A stretch of 32,000 nt of DNA from Candidatus Methylomirabilis oxygeniifera (GCA_000091165.1 FP565575.1:2220001-2252000), one strand, 5' to 3'; positions 16,484-25,966 are shown, numbered from the stretch's first letter. Notes: generated by a model not told the origin, from the letters alone. Made by a program: numbers and translations.

Positions 16484-16785
16484 TCGTGACGAGCGGACGT
16501 CAGGGACGAGCTTCACATGCCTGATTCTGACGCTTGCGGTACCGTATTTCCCGTTGCGAAGCCGCGCAGCTATACGATATACTTCAGTTCTACCGCATAC
16601 CAATCCTGAGTCCGTCAACATCTACATCTGTTGAGGGGGCGGTATGATTCCGGAACCTACTGGTCGCTTCTGAGGATCCTCAATATTTTCCAATAAGGCC
16701 TTAATACGACTCATAGACTTCGTATCCCAGACGCAGTCATGCCATCAGCAGGAAAAGAGGCCACTGGACGTTAAAGGAGTGCGGA

Positions 16786-18543
16786 ATGGCGAGCACAGAT
16801 GCTGCCACGAATCAAGGCCTTGATCGCCCTTGGTTCGCCTACTATGATCCGTGGGTTCCAACGCGCATCGAGTACCCGGATATCCCGCTCCATCGTTTCC
16901 TGTCGATCTCCGCCCGGAAGTATCCGGACCGAACCGCCATCATCTTCTATGGAACGAAACTGACCTATCGCGCCCTGGACGAGGCCGCCACACGATTTGC
17001 AGCCGCCCTCACAGAGCGCGGACTGGCAAAGGGTGACAGGGTCTCACTCTTTCTCCCGAATTGTCCCCAGATGGTCATCGCCTATTACGGCACGTTGCGG
17101 GCCGGAGGGCTCGCGGTCTCGACCAGCCCGCTCTACTCTACACGAGAGCTGGAGTATCAACTGAATGATTCCGGCGCGGAGACCATCGTGGTGTTGTCGA
17201 AACTCTACCCGCTCGTGAGAGAGGTCGCCCCAAAAACCGGCCTCAAGCGGATCATCGTAACGAATATCAAGGAGTATTTTCCGCCCATGCTCCGGTTACT
17301 GTTCACCCTCTTCAAGGAAAAGCCGCAGGGGCACCGACCCGTAGTGGAGCAAAGGCCGGGAACGGAGTGGTTTTCGGAGGCGCTGGCCTCCGCCCCCGCG
17401 AAGCCCCCCGCTACTACGGTCGGCTCGGATGACCCGGCGCTGCTGCAGTACACCGGGGGTACGACAGGCCTGGCTAAGGGGGCGATGCTCACACACAGGA
17501 ATCTGGTGGCCAACACCATACAAACAGGCGCGTGGCTGGTAAAACCTGCCTCGAGCCCTGCCGAAGGGCCTGCCGGGGACTCGGTCGAAGGAGAGCGCAG
17601 CGAAGCCGAGGTCTTCCTTGGGGCGATCCCGTTCTTCCATGTCTATGGGATGACGGTCGTCATGAATCTCTGCATATCGCTGGGCCACACAATGGTACTC
17701 TTGCCGCAATTCAAGACGCAGGAAGTCCTGGATACGATCGCGAAATACCGACCCACCTTCTTCCCCGGCGTCCCGACGATGTATGTCGCCATCAATAATT
17801 ACCCGGAGGTCGGTAGATACAATCTCCATTCGATCAAGGCCTGCTTGAGTGGAGCAGCGCCACTACCTCTCGAGGTGGCCAACAGGTTTGAAGCGTTAAC
17901 CGGTGCGCGCCTTGTGGAGGGGTACGGTCTGACTGAGACCTCCCCGGTTACGCACGCCAATCCGCTTTTTGGTGCCAGGAAGGCGGGGACGATCGGCATA
18001 CCGCTCCCGGACACCGACGCCAGGATCGTGGATCTGGAGACCGGGGAACGGACGCTGCCGCTACGGGAAATCGGCGAGGTGGTAGTCAAAGGTCCCCAGG
18101 TGATGGCCGGGTATTGGAATCAGCCTGGCGAGACCGCCATGGTGCTCCGAGATGGATGGTTGTACACAGGCGACATCGGCTATATGGATGAGCAGGGTTA
18201 TTTCACCATCGTAGACCGCAAGAAAGAGATGATCATCGCGGGCGGCTTCAACGTCTATCCCCGGGAGGTTGAAGAACCGCTGTATGAGCATCCGAGGATT
18301 AAAGAGGCCGTTGCAGTGGGTCTGCCTGACCCATACCGTGGAGAGACGGTCAAGGTCTATATCGTGCTGAAGGAGGGGGAGCGCGCCACCGAGCAGGAGA
18401 TCATCGACTTTTGCAAGCAGCGGATGGCAAAGCACAAGGTGCCTACCCTGGTCGAGTTCAGACAGGAGCTACCGAAGACGCTCGTAGGGAAAGTGCTCCG
18501 TCGCACCTTGCGCGAAGAGGAGATGGCCAAACGGACGTCATGA
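16786..18543 (+). CDS. fadD: Long-chain fatty acid-CoA ligase (AMP-binding superfamily)
   Basis: YTGGTTGLAKGAMLTHRN, EGYGLTETSP, YTGDIGYMDEQGYFTIVDRKKEMI, and the terminal PKTLVGKVLRR. AAAGGAG SD. Confidence 0.9.
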   Translation: MASTDAATNQGLDRPWFAYYDPWVPTRIEYPDIPLHRFLSISARKYPDRTAIIFYGTKLTYRALDEAATRFAAALTERGLAKGDRVSLFLPNCPQMVIAYYGTLRAGGLAVSTSPLYSTRELEYQLNDSGAETIVVLSKLYPLVREVAPKTGLKRIIVTNIKEYFPPMLRLLFTLFKEKPQGHRPVVEQRPGTEWFSEALASAPAKPPATTVGSDDPALLQYTGGTTGLAKGAMLTHRNLVANTIQTGAWLVKPASSPAEGPAGDSVEGERSEAEVFLGAIPFFHVYGMTVVMNLCISLGHTMVLLPQFKTQEVLDTIAKYRPTFFPGVPTMYVAINNYPEVGRYNLHSIKACLSGAAPLPLEVANRFEALTGARLVEGYGLTETSPVTHANPLFGARKAGTIGIPLPDTDARIVDLETGERTLPLREIGEVVVKGPQVMAGYWNQPGETAMVLRDGWLYTGDIGYMDEQGYFTIVDRKKEMIIAGGFNVYPREVEEPLYEHPRIKEAVAVGLPDPYRGETVKVYIVLKEGERATEQEIIDFCKQRMAKHKVPTLVEFRQELPKTLVGKVLRRTLREEEMAKRTS

Positions 18544-18628
18544 GACACTTGAAGCGGTTTGGATACCGGAGGCCGGCCCATGGAGTTCGCCGGACATGCG
18601 CGGTCACACCCCGTGTGAGGCCCGCCGG

Positions 18629-21502
18629 ATGAGTCTTCGAAAACTGTTATCTCACACGGTACTCGCCTACCCCAGAACTACACTAGTTGTCGCGGTGCTG
18701 CTTACGCTGCTCTCGGTCTGGGTGGCGATTGCGCGGTTGCGCTTTACCTCTACGCATCAGGCGATGTCCTCTCTTAGCGGTAGGGTCGGCCAGGTTCAGG
18801 AACGCTACAATCAGGCGTTCGGCGACCCGGACCAGGTCGTGATCGTCGTAGAGGCCGCGGATCAGGAACAGGCCAAGCGCTACGCCGCTGTCCTTGCAGG
18901 ACGACTGGAGGCTTCGGCGGATATCGAGGAGGCTATCTATCGCTTTGATCTTACGTCCCTGGAAGATCATTTTCTGATGTACCTGACCCCGCAGCAGCTC
19001 AACGACCTGCGGGATAAGCTTGAGGAACATGCCTCGCTCCTCGAGGAGCTGTCGGCCAAGCCAGGCATCAATCGCCTCTTTCAACTGATCCATCGCGAGA
19101 TCAGTTCGGCGTTGGTCGGTCGGCTGTTTACCGGCTTCCTGGGCGAAGAAGAAGAGGGCGAGGTCAAGCGCCCTGTAGAGCTTCAGCCGCTTATCGCGCT
19201 GCTGACGCAGCTCGAGGCGTGGGCGAGCGGTCCCAGGAGCTACACCTCGCCGTGGAAGCAGTTCATGGTCGAGGCCGACGAGAACGGCGACCGGGAAGGT
19301 TACCTGTGGTCCGACAACAAACAGCTCCTCTTCATCCTGGCCACCGTGAGGGCGGATCCGACAAGCCTGCACAAGTTTGAGCGGCCGATTCAATCGATCC
19401 GTGGGGAAATCCGGTCGCTGCAATCCCGCTATCCCGGGGTCAAAGCCGGGGTCACAGGAGGTCCCGCCCTCGAATACGATGAGGTGACCGCCGCACAACG
19501 GGATTCCGGGCTGATGACCTTCATCTCTCTCGGCGGTGTCACCCTGTTGGTAGCGGCAGTCTTTCGCGGCGTGCTCAGGCCGCTCATGGGTATGATAGCG
19601 CTCGTCATGGGGGTCTGTTGGGCTTTCGGGTTTGCCGCCGTAACGGTCGGTCATCTGAACATGATGTCGATGGTGTTGGCGCCGATGCTGATCGGCATCG
19701 GGATGGACTATGGGATCCATCTCGTGGCCAGGTACGAAGAGGAACGGGGCGCAGGCCATACCATTCAGGAGTCGCTGGAACAGGCCTTCGAAGGCGCCGG
19801 TCCCGGGATTCTGCACGCGGCCATCACGACCTCCGTCGCTCTCTTTGCCCTTCTACTCACAGGAGTCAGTGTGTTGCAGGAGCTGGGTCTGATCACCGGG
19901 TTCGGCCTGCTGCTGACGCTGGTTTCGACCTTTGTCGTGTTGCCCCCACTGCTGTTGTTATGGGATAGGCGACCTGCCACGGATGGTTCGGCGGAGAACG
20001 CCGCAGCGACCGTCAAAGGGCATGTCATGAGAGGGAAGGTCGGCGACATCCGCTGGCCGCTGCCATACTTGCCGAAGCCCCCGGATTTTATGGAATTCTG
20101 GTATCGCCGGCCCCGCACCGTCCTGCTCCTGTCGGCGATCGGGACGCTGGCAGCCTTGTATGCGATGAGTCGCATCGAATTCGACGGCAACGTCCTCCAT
20201 CTTCAGGCGGAAGGCACCGAATCGGTAGACTGGGAGCTGAAGATTATCCGGCAGTCTGAGCGTTCGACCATCTATGGGGTGATCCTGGCTGAGAACCTCG
20301 AGGAGGTAAGAACCAAGACGAAAGCCCTCGAAGCCCTCGCCTCAGTGAGCAAGGTGGAGAGTATCGCAATGCTCATCCCGGAGGACCAAGAGCGCAAGCT
20401 CCGATTGGCTCACGATCTCAGACCGCTCCTGGCCAAGGCGGACCTCTCGACACTGCCCCAGCCGGGACCGGTTGATCTCGATGAGCTGCTGAATACGCTA
20501 CAGCGGATCAAGGCCAAGATGTTGACGGCCGAGGATGCGGAGAAGTGGACCGGGAAGGACAAACCGCCCCTGGAGCAGATGACGCAAGTACGACGCCTGG
20601 TCGATCGGTTTGAGCGGCGGATCCAGCAACGTGGCTACGCAGAGGTTCGTCGTAGGCTTGCCGTCTTCCAGGATAAACTGTTCGACGATTTCTCTGATAA
20701 GATGTCGCTCCTCGGCAGGGCGGTCGCCTCCGGTCCGGTCGAGCTCGATGATGTGCCGAACGATCTGAAAAAGCAGTTTGTGGGGCGGGACGGGTCGTAC
20801 CTGATTCGGGTCTACCCCAAAGGCGACCCGTGGGAGTTTGCCTCGCAGATTACGTTTGTCCGCGAGTTACGATCAGTGGATCCAGACGCCGTCGGCGACC
20901 CGGTCAAGGGGTTCGAGGTGATCTCGGCGATGAAGCGCGGGTATCAGCAGGTGGCGATCTATGCCTTGATCGGAGTGGCAGCGCTGTTCTTGCTGAATCT
21001 ACGAGATCTACGCTACTTCCTGCTGGCGAAGGTTCCGCTGTTGATCGGAGCCATCTGGATCGCCGGCCTGATGGAACTCTTTCATTTGAAGTTCAATCTG
21101 GCCAACCTGATCATCATTCCGCTGATTGTGGCGCCCGGGGTGGAGAACGGCCTGTTGATCATCCACCGCTTCCGAGAAGAGGGAGAAGCCGCCATACTGC
21201 CAAAGAGCATCGGGAAGGGCGTAGTGCTCTCATCGCTGACAACCATGATCGGCTTCGGCAGCCTCCTTATGGCTCACCACCGCGGCGCATACAGCATCGG
21301 TCTTTTGGTGACGCTGGGGGTGGGGGCCGTCCTGCTGGTCTCGGTGGTGGTGCTGCCGGCCCTCCTCACTGTTGTTGCCAGACACCCATCAAAAGAGGCG
21401 ATTTCAGGCTCCGGGCTCCTGGCTGAAGGTGCTCCCGGACAACTTGAACCGAGCGCTCAGAATATAGAACAGGACACGATATTCAACTCAAAGGAGAAGT
21501 AA
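18629..21502 (+). CDS. MMPL/RND-superfamily lipid exporter (HpnN-like architecture)
   Basis: Two repeats, each a TM helix plus a large soluble domain plus a 5-TM bundle (e.g. GFAAVTVGHLNMMSMVLAPMLIGIGMDYGIHL and LIIIPLIVAPGVENGLLIIHRF). The start is uncertain: ATG at 18629 with GAGG 8 nt upstream, or ATG at 18596. Confidence 0.8.
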   Translation: MSLRKLLSHTVLAYPRTTLVVAVLLTLLSVWVAIARLRFTSTHQAMSSLSGRVGQVQERYNQAFGDPDQVVIVVEAADQEQAKRYAAVLAGRLEASADIEEAIYRFDLTSLEDHFLMYLTPQQLNDLRDKLEEHASLLEELSAKPGINRLFQLIHREISSALVGRLFTGFLGEEEEGEVKRPVELQPLIALLTQLEAWASGPRSYTSPWKQFMVEADENGDREGYLWSDNKQLLFILATVRADPTSLHKFERPIQSIRGEIRSLQSRYPGVKAGVTGGPALEYDEVTAAQRDSGLMTFISLGGVTLLVAAVFRGVLRPLMGMIALVMGVCWAFGFAAVTVGHLNMMSMVLAPMLIGIGMDYGIHLVARYEEERGAGHTIQESLEQAFEGAGPGILHAAITTSVALFALLLTGVSVLQELGLITGFGLLLTLVSTFVVLPPLLLLWDRRPATDGSAENAAATVKGHVMRGKVGDIRWPLPYLPKPPDFMEFWYRRPRTVLLLSAIGTLAALYAMSRIEFDGNVLHLQAEGTESVDWELKIIRQSERSTIYGVILAENLEEVRTKTKALEALASVSKVESIAMLIPEDQERKLRLAHDLRPLLAKADLSTLPQPGPVDLDELLNTLQRIKAKMLTAEDAEKWTGKDKPPLEQMTQVRRLVDRFERRIQQRGYAEVRRRLAVFQDKLFDDFSDKMSLLGRAVASGPVELDDVPNDLKKQFVGRDGSYLIRVYPKGDPWEFASQITFVRELRSVDPDAVGDPVKGFEVISAMKRGYQQVAIYALIGVAALFLLNLRDLRYFLLAKVPLLIGAIWIAGLMELFHLKFNLANLIIIPLIVAPGVENGLLIIHRFREEGEAAILPKSIGKGVVLSSLTTMIGFGSLLMAHHRGAYSIGLLVTLGVGAVLLVSVVVLPALLTVVARHPSKEAISGSGLLAEGAPGQLEPSAQNIEQDTIFNSKEK

Positions 21503-21503
21503 C

Positions 21504-22160
21504 ATGTCAAGCGCGATGAGGGTATCCGTGCGAACAGGACTGCTGAGTGGAATGCTGACCCTGGGATTGTCGGTCTTTGCGGGGTTCGCCTTCGCGAGCG
21601 GAACCACCGATCAGGTGAAGACCGAACTGGATCACCTTACCGCTATCGTACAGGACCCCTCCTTACAAGAGAAGGAAAAAGAAGCGGCAAGGAAGTCGAT
21701 GGTGAAGGAGCGGATCCTGCGCTGGTTCGACCTGCAGGAGATGGCGCGCCGCTCGCTGGCCAACCACTGGACGAAGCGATCAGGTCAGGAACGGAAGGAT
21801 TTCGTCGAGCTGTTCGGGGATCTGTTTGTAGAATCTTACACTACATTGGTGGTCGATCATCTTGGCGACCAGCAGGTGACCTACCTCTCGGAACAGATCG
21901 ATACGCAAGACGCCATCGTCAAGACCAAGTTCCTCTCGAAACGGAACGAGCCCACCTTTGTTGACTTTACCCTCCTTCGTCGAGGCAACGCCTGGGTTCC
22001 GTACGATGTCGTGATCGACGAGGTCAGCATCGTGGGCAATTACCGCGTCCAGTTCGATAAGGTCATCCGGGATCAGTCATACGAAGCCCTCGTCAAGAAG
22101 ATGCGGCTCAAGCGAGAGTCGGAGGGGTTGGGATCGACGGCAAAGAAGAAGTCGATGTAG
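21504..22160 (+). CDS. mlaC: MlaC/Ttg2D-family periplasmic lipid-binding protein
   Basis: Signal peptide. Family-like blocks RRSLANHW, ERKDFVELFGDLFVESYT, VPYDVVIDEVSIVGNYRVQFDKVI. The start is 1 nt after the MMPL stop. Confidence 0.75.
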   Translation: MSSAMRVSVRTGLLSGMLTLGLSVFAGFAFASGTTDQVKTELDHLTAIVQDPSLQEKEKEAARKSMVKERILRWFDLQEMARRSLANHWTKRSGQERKDFVELFGDLFVESYTTLVVDHLGDQQVTYLSEQIDTQDAIVKTKFLSKRNEPTFVDFTLLRRGNAWVPYDVVIDEVSIVGNYRVQFDKVIRDQSYEALVKKMRLKRESEGLGSTAKKKSM

Positions 22161-22194
22161 CCGTGCTGCCCCTTCGATGAAACTCAGGACAGGC

Positions 22195-23568
22195 TCAAGC
22201 TCCGCCCATGCCCGTTCGATAGGCATCTCCCGATTCGTAGTAATCAAGTCCGGAGTGGTCAAGCACTTCTTCCCCGACCAGGATGCGCAAGGTGTTGGTC
22301 AGCTTCAGGTGCTGGATGAACAGGTCATGCTCCGGCTTCAGATCGGCTCGGGCCATCGGAGACTTAAAGTAGAACGACAGCCACTCCTGAATACCCGATA
22401 ATCCGGCCCGTTGCGCCAGGTCCAGAAACAGAGCCAGATCGAGAACCACCGGCGCCGCCAGGATGGAATCCCGACAGAGGAAGTTGATCTTGATCTGCAT
22501 CGGCTGGCCGAGCCAACCGAAGATATCGATGTTATCCCACCCCTCCTTAGCATCACCGCGAGGCGGATAATACTCAATGCGGACCTTGTGGAAGACCTGT
22601 CCATACAGTTCCGGATAGAGCTCCGGCTGCACAATTGCCTCCAGCACCGAGCCCTTACTGACCTCTTTGGTTCTGAACGATCCCTGATCGTCCAACACCT
22701 CACCGTCCCGGTTTCCCAGGATGTTGGTAGAAAACCAGCCGCTCAACCCCAGCATCTTGGCCTTCAACCCGGGCGCGACCACGGTTTTCAGAAAGGTCTG
22801 GCCAGTCTTGAAATCCTTTCCGGCGATCGGAACGTGGCGCTGATGAGCGAATTCGACCAGCGCCGGGATATCTACCGTCAAACTGGGTGAGCCGTTCGCA
22901 AAGGGGACACCGGCTGAGATGGCGGCATAGGCATAGATCATGCTTGAGGAAATTTCCGGAGCGTTTGCCTTCAGGCCGGCCTCAAAGGCTTCAATAGTCT
23001 CGTGTACCGGAGCCGGCTGCATGAAGACCTCTGTCGATCCGCACCAGATCATGACGACCCGCTGCGTCCCCTCACTTCGGCGAAATGCCTCGATATCTTC
23101 GATCAGCATATCTGCTAGGTGCTTCTTGCTGAGACCTGACTTCAGGTTCGTCCCCGAGAGCCTTCGCACATAGGCTTGGTCAAAGACTGCCGGCCATGGT
23201 CTCACCGCTTCCAGTTGGTCTTTGACCTGGTCCAGCAACTCTTTGGGTAGAACCCCGGCATGGCACGCGGTCTGATAGGCGTCCTCGGGAAAAATATCCC
23301 AGCCGCCGAAGACCAGATTGTCCAGGTCGGCGAGGGGAACGACCTCCTTAATAGGCGCATAGCGAGGACTGGTCCGCTTGCCCAGGCGCATTCGCTGCAT
23401 CTGCGTGAGGGAGCCATACGGTTGAGACAGCCCCTTGTTGATCAAGTGGACTCCTGCAATGAGCGTAGTGGCCACCGCCCCCAACCCTGGGATCAGTACA
23501 CCCAACTTGCCCTGAGGAGACGCAATCTCTCGCTTTAATTCTGGATAGAATGAACTCCTTTGGCTCAT
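22195..23568 (-). CDS. ino1: myo-Inositol-1-phosphate (inositol-3-phosphate) synthase
   Basis: GLGAVATT Rossmann, GKDFKTGQT, STNILGNRDG, FLCRDSILAAPVVLDL. The start overlaps the upstream stop as ATGA. Confidence 0.9.
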   Translation of the reverse strand: MSQRSSFYPELKREIASPQGKLGVLIPGLGAVATTLIAGVHLINKGLSQPYGSLTQMQRMRLGKRTSPRYAPIKEVVPLADLDNLVFGGWDIFPEDAYQTACHAGVLPKELLDQVKDQLEAVRPWPAVFDQAYVRRLSGTNLKSGLSKKHLADMLIEDIEAFRRSEGTQRVVMIWCGSTEVFMQPAPVHETIEAFEAGLKANAPEISSSMIYAYAAISAGVPFANGSPSLTVDIPALVEFAHQRHVPIAGKDFKTGQTFLKTVVAPGLKAKMLGLSGWFSTNILGNRDGEVLDDQGSFRTKEVSKGSVLEAIVQPELYPELYGQVFHKVRIEYYPPRGDAKEGWDNIDIFGWLGQPMQIKINFLCRDSILAAPVVLDLALFLDLAQRAGLSGIQEWLSFYFKSPMARADLKPEHDLFIQHLKLTNTLRILVGEEVLDHSGLDYYESGDAYRTGMGGA

Positions 23569-24764
23569 GCCTGTACCCCTTCCCTATATGAGTTCCACAA
23601 TACGACTATGAAAAAGATCGGCGCTCCGATCGCCGAAAGCATCAGAAACCAATGTGCCTTTCCAAACGCTGAGACAATCACCACGAGGTAGATGAAATCC
23701 CGCCTCGCAAGGGCATCGGCAAGCATAGAGACGCGGGATGGGGCTTCGGAGGTGGTGGTGGACGTAAAAAGCGGCCCTTCGGCGGTTTTGTGCCGCATGG
23801 TCTGTCGATAGACGAATCCAGCCGACAGAAGGCCTCCCGCCGTTGCCGAACAGGCCAGCAGCAGGGGTAACCGCGCCCCGTCAGCCATCCACCATCCCAG
23901 ACCGATGCACACAAATACCGCCGAGTGAACGACATTATCCCCCCAGAAATCCAGGAGACCGCCAAAACGGGATTCCAGATATTTGAGTCTGGCAATCTCT
24001 CCGTCACAACCGTCCAGAATCGAATGCAGGAGGAACAGCAGCGCGCCGACCAGTTGATACGCAGGCGCAGATGAGAAGAAGAACAGCGCCCCCACGACAC
24101 CGATTGCCACGCTCACGGCGGTCATCTGGTTCGGGGTGATACCAGTGCCCACGATGCGCCGCGTGACCGCCAGTGAGATCTTCCGTTCGACATGCCTCGA
24201 CATAAAGCCTTCCGTATCTTTCACCAAGCCCTGCAGGAGCCACCGCTCGGCATAAGGGAGATCCGCTCGACTCGAGACCCTGACCCAGCGTCCGTCATCC
24301 ATGAGGATGCCCACTCTTTGGTAGGTCCGCTCCAGTTCGGAGAACAGGGACAGGTCGTCGTTCGCACGCTCGATCACTGACAGAAGGGTCTTCGGGTCCG
24401 CCGTCTCAACGGCAGCGATCCCGCTGGTGGGGGCACATATCGCCTCAGCATGTAACGGCATCTCGATTAGATGCGTCAGCAGCGAGGGCTGGGGAAGGAG
24501 GCGAGCAGTCAGCACCAGGATACGACCAAGGGGTTGATGACCGGTCAACCTGGCTGGAGGCAGTAGCACCGCCTTCGTTCCCTCCAGCAGCTTCCCACAC
24601 TCGAATGATCCATTATCCACAACCAGGATATCCTGACAGCCGGCACGAGAGGCTACCAGAACAATCCGTCGAAGCAACGGCAGGCCCAATACCACCGTAT
24701 CCGGGCCAACCTCACCCGAGCCCTTTGAGATCACGATTATGACTGTGGCTGCCTGCTTGCCCAT
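23565..24764 (-). CDS. IPCT/DIPPS-like protein: degenerate nucleotidyltransferase-like N-domain fused to a CDP-alcohol phosphotransferase
   Basis: Exact D-G-x2-A-R-x8-G-x3-D-x3-D signature in DGEIARLKYLESRFGGLLDFWGDNVVH. Six predicted TM helices. The soluble N-domain (~170 aa) lacks the GxGxR(L) NTP loop and reads ISKGSGE instead. Confidence 0.8.
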   Translation of the reverse strand: MGKQAATVIIVISKGSGEVGPDTVVLGLPLLRRIVLVASRAGCQDILVVDNGSFECGKLLEGTKAVLLPPARLTGHQPLGRILVLTARLLPQPSLLTHLIEMPLHAEAICAPTSGIAAVETADPKTLLSVIERANDDLSLFSELERTYQRVGILMDDGRWVRVSSRADLPYAERWLLQGLVKDTEGFMSRHVERKISLAVTRRIVGTGITPNQMTAVSVAIGVVGALFFFSSAPAYQLVGALLFLLHSILDGCDGEIARLKYLESRFGGLLDFWGDNVVHSAVFVCIGLGWWMADGARLPLLLACSATAGGLLSAGFVYRQTMRHKTAEGPLFTSTTTSEAPSRVSMLADALARRDFIYLVVIVSAFGKAHWFLMLSAIGAPIFFIVVLWNSYREGVQA

Positions 24765-24778
24765 CCGAAAGAAAGCGT

Positions 24779-24814
24779 TCAGCGATCAGCCATCAGCTCT
24801 TCGCTGATCGCTGA
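24779..24814. repeat. Perfect 12-bp inverted repeat TCAGCGATCAGC-N12-GCTGATCGCTGA spanning the dehydrogenase stop codon
   Basis: Read directly. The stop (24786-24788) lies in the left arm. The next start codon is at 24764. Confidence 0.85.
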
Positions 24815-25868
24815 CGGCTAACACCTTACTCCCCTGGCTGTGCGATTCCTTGGCGAGGTGCAGAAGCTGCACGCAGCGCGACGCCATGGTCAGATTCTCC
24901 CCGCCTCGTTCAGCAACCGACATCTCCCGCAGAAAATCGTCCCTCACCTGGCGAAACCACTCCGGGTGATGGGAACCCTGCGAGAGCGGCTGCTCAAATG
25001 TCCAACGCTGCTCGCCCCCTTCGCGTTTCAGCACCAGAGTGCCGTCCTCTATCCGGATAGTCCCACAGGTTCCTTCGATAACAGCGCAATTACTCCGTGA
25101 AGACGAGGCCCACGTCAAAAGAATATTAGCTTCGGCTGCAGACGACCTCAGTTGAACGCTCGCCGTATCCTCAACCGGCCATTCCGGATGCCGGCGCTTT
25201 TCCAGCGTCGCAGTGATCGTCCGAGGCTCCTCCCCAAGCCAATCCAACACGATATACAGCGCGTGGTAGCCGTGATCGAGCAGGATGCCGCCGCCGGCGA
25301 TAGCCGGATCCAGCCGCCAGTTGCCCGTCCCAAGCATCGTCGAAGGATCGGGTGTGGCGCTTTCGACGGGACTTGGGAGCGACTGCACCGCGATCGACGG
25401 TTCGCGTCTGTAAACGTGCCAGCTTACATACTGCACAGTCCCGATCTGTCCTTGCCGGATCAGTGTCGTCGCCTGCATGACAATCGGAGCATACCGCCAG
25501 TTGTGGACCGTATAGAGAATACGGCCGCTTTCCGCCCGGGCATCTCGCACCAGCCGCAGCTCGTCCGGGGTGAGCACGAGCGGCTTTTCGCACAGCACAT
25601 GCAACCCTCGGCTTAAAGCCAGCCGTATCAGGGATGCGTGCGTTCCAGGGGGTGTACAGATATCGACGAAATCGATGGCCTCGGCAGCCAACATCGCCGA
25701 CACGTCGGTGTAGAGCCTGGCCCCTGGAAGACGCGATTGCTCCTGAGCGAGCCTGGATTCAACGGCGTCAGCGGCGGCAATAATCCGGGCCCGGTCGCAT
25801 CCTTCCCATCCAGGCAGATGCCCGTTCACCGCCACATTGCCCAGACCGATAATAGCGCCGTTCAACAT
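24786..25868 (-). CDS. Gfo/Idh/MocA-family NAD(P)-dependent oxidoreductase (inositol-dehydrogenase-like)
   Basis: N-terminal IIGLGNVA Rossmann motif, the CEKPL motif, and the family's C-terminal alpha/beta domain. Confidence 0.85.
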   Translation of the reverse strand: MLNGAIIGLGNVAVNGHLPGWEGCDRARIIAAADAVESRLAQEQSRLPGARLYTDVSAMLAAEAIDFVDICTPPGTHASLIRLALSRGLHVLCEKPLVLTPDELRLVRDARAESGRILYTVHNWRYAPIVMQATTLIRQGQIGTVQYVSWHVYRREPSIAVQSLPSPVESATPDPSTMLGTGNWRLDPAIAGGGILLDHGYHALYIVLDWLGEEPRTITATLEKRRHPEWPVEDTASVQLRSSAAEANILLTWASSSRSNCAVIEGTCGTIRIEDGTLVLKREGGEQRWTFEQPLSQGSHHPEWFRQVRDDFLREMSVAERGGENLTMASRCVQLLHLAKESHSQGSKVLAVSDQRRADG

Positions 25869-25884
25869 GCTTAAAAACAGGGTC

Positions 25885-25966
25885 TAGGGTGTAGAGAAAA
25901 ACCGGCGATTCTTCTCACTCCTCTACCCTCTACCCTAAACCCTCTCTTCATCCCCTATACCCTGTC
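25885..25966. repeat. Heptamer-periodic inverted array (TAGGGTGTAG ... CTCTACC CTCTACC CTAAACC ... CCCCTATACCCT)
   Basis: Read directly. It shares the 10-mer TAGGGTGTAG and the 12-mer CCCCTATACCCT with the element at 28184-28267. The right end overlaps the last codons and stop of the aminotransferase. Confidence 0.8.

Noticed and set aside
16307-16621. 104-aa minus-strand track ORF between ugpQ and fadD
   Set aside because: It overlaps the ugpQ 3' end. It has no SD and no motifs, and its composition is odd (Cys/Asp/Arg-rich). It is probably not a gene.
16702-16713. TAATACGACTCA, an exact match to the first 12 nt of the phage T7 class III promoter
   Set aside because: The match stops before the essential CTATAG initiation region; the sequence continues TAGACT. 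There is no phage RNA polymerase or vector context. I treat it as coincidence.
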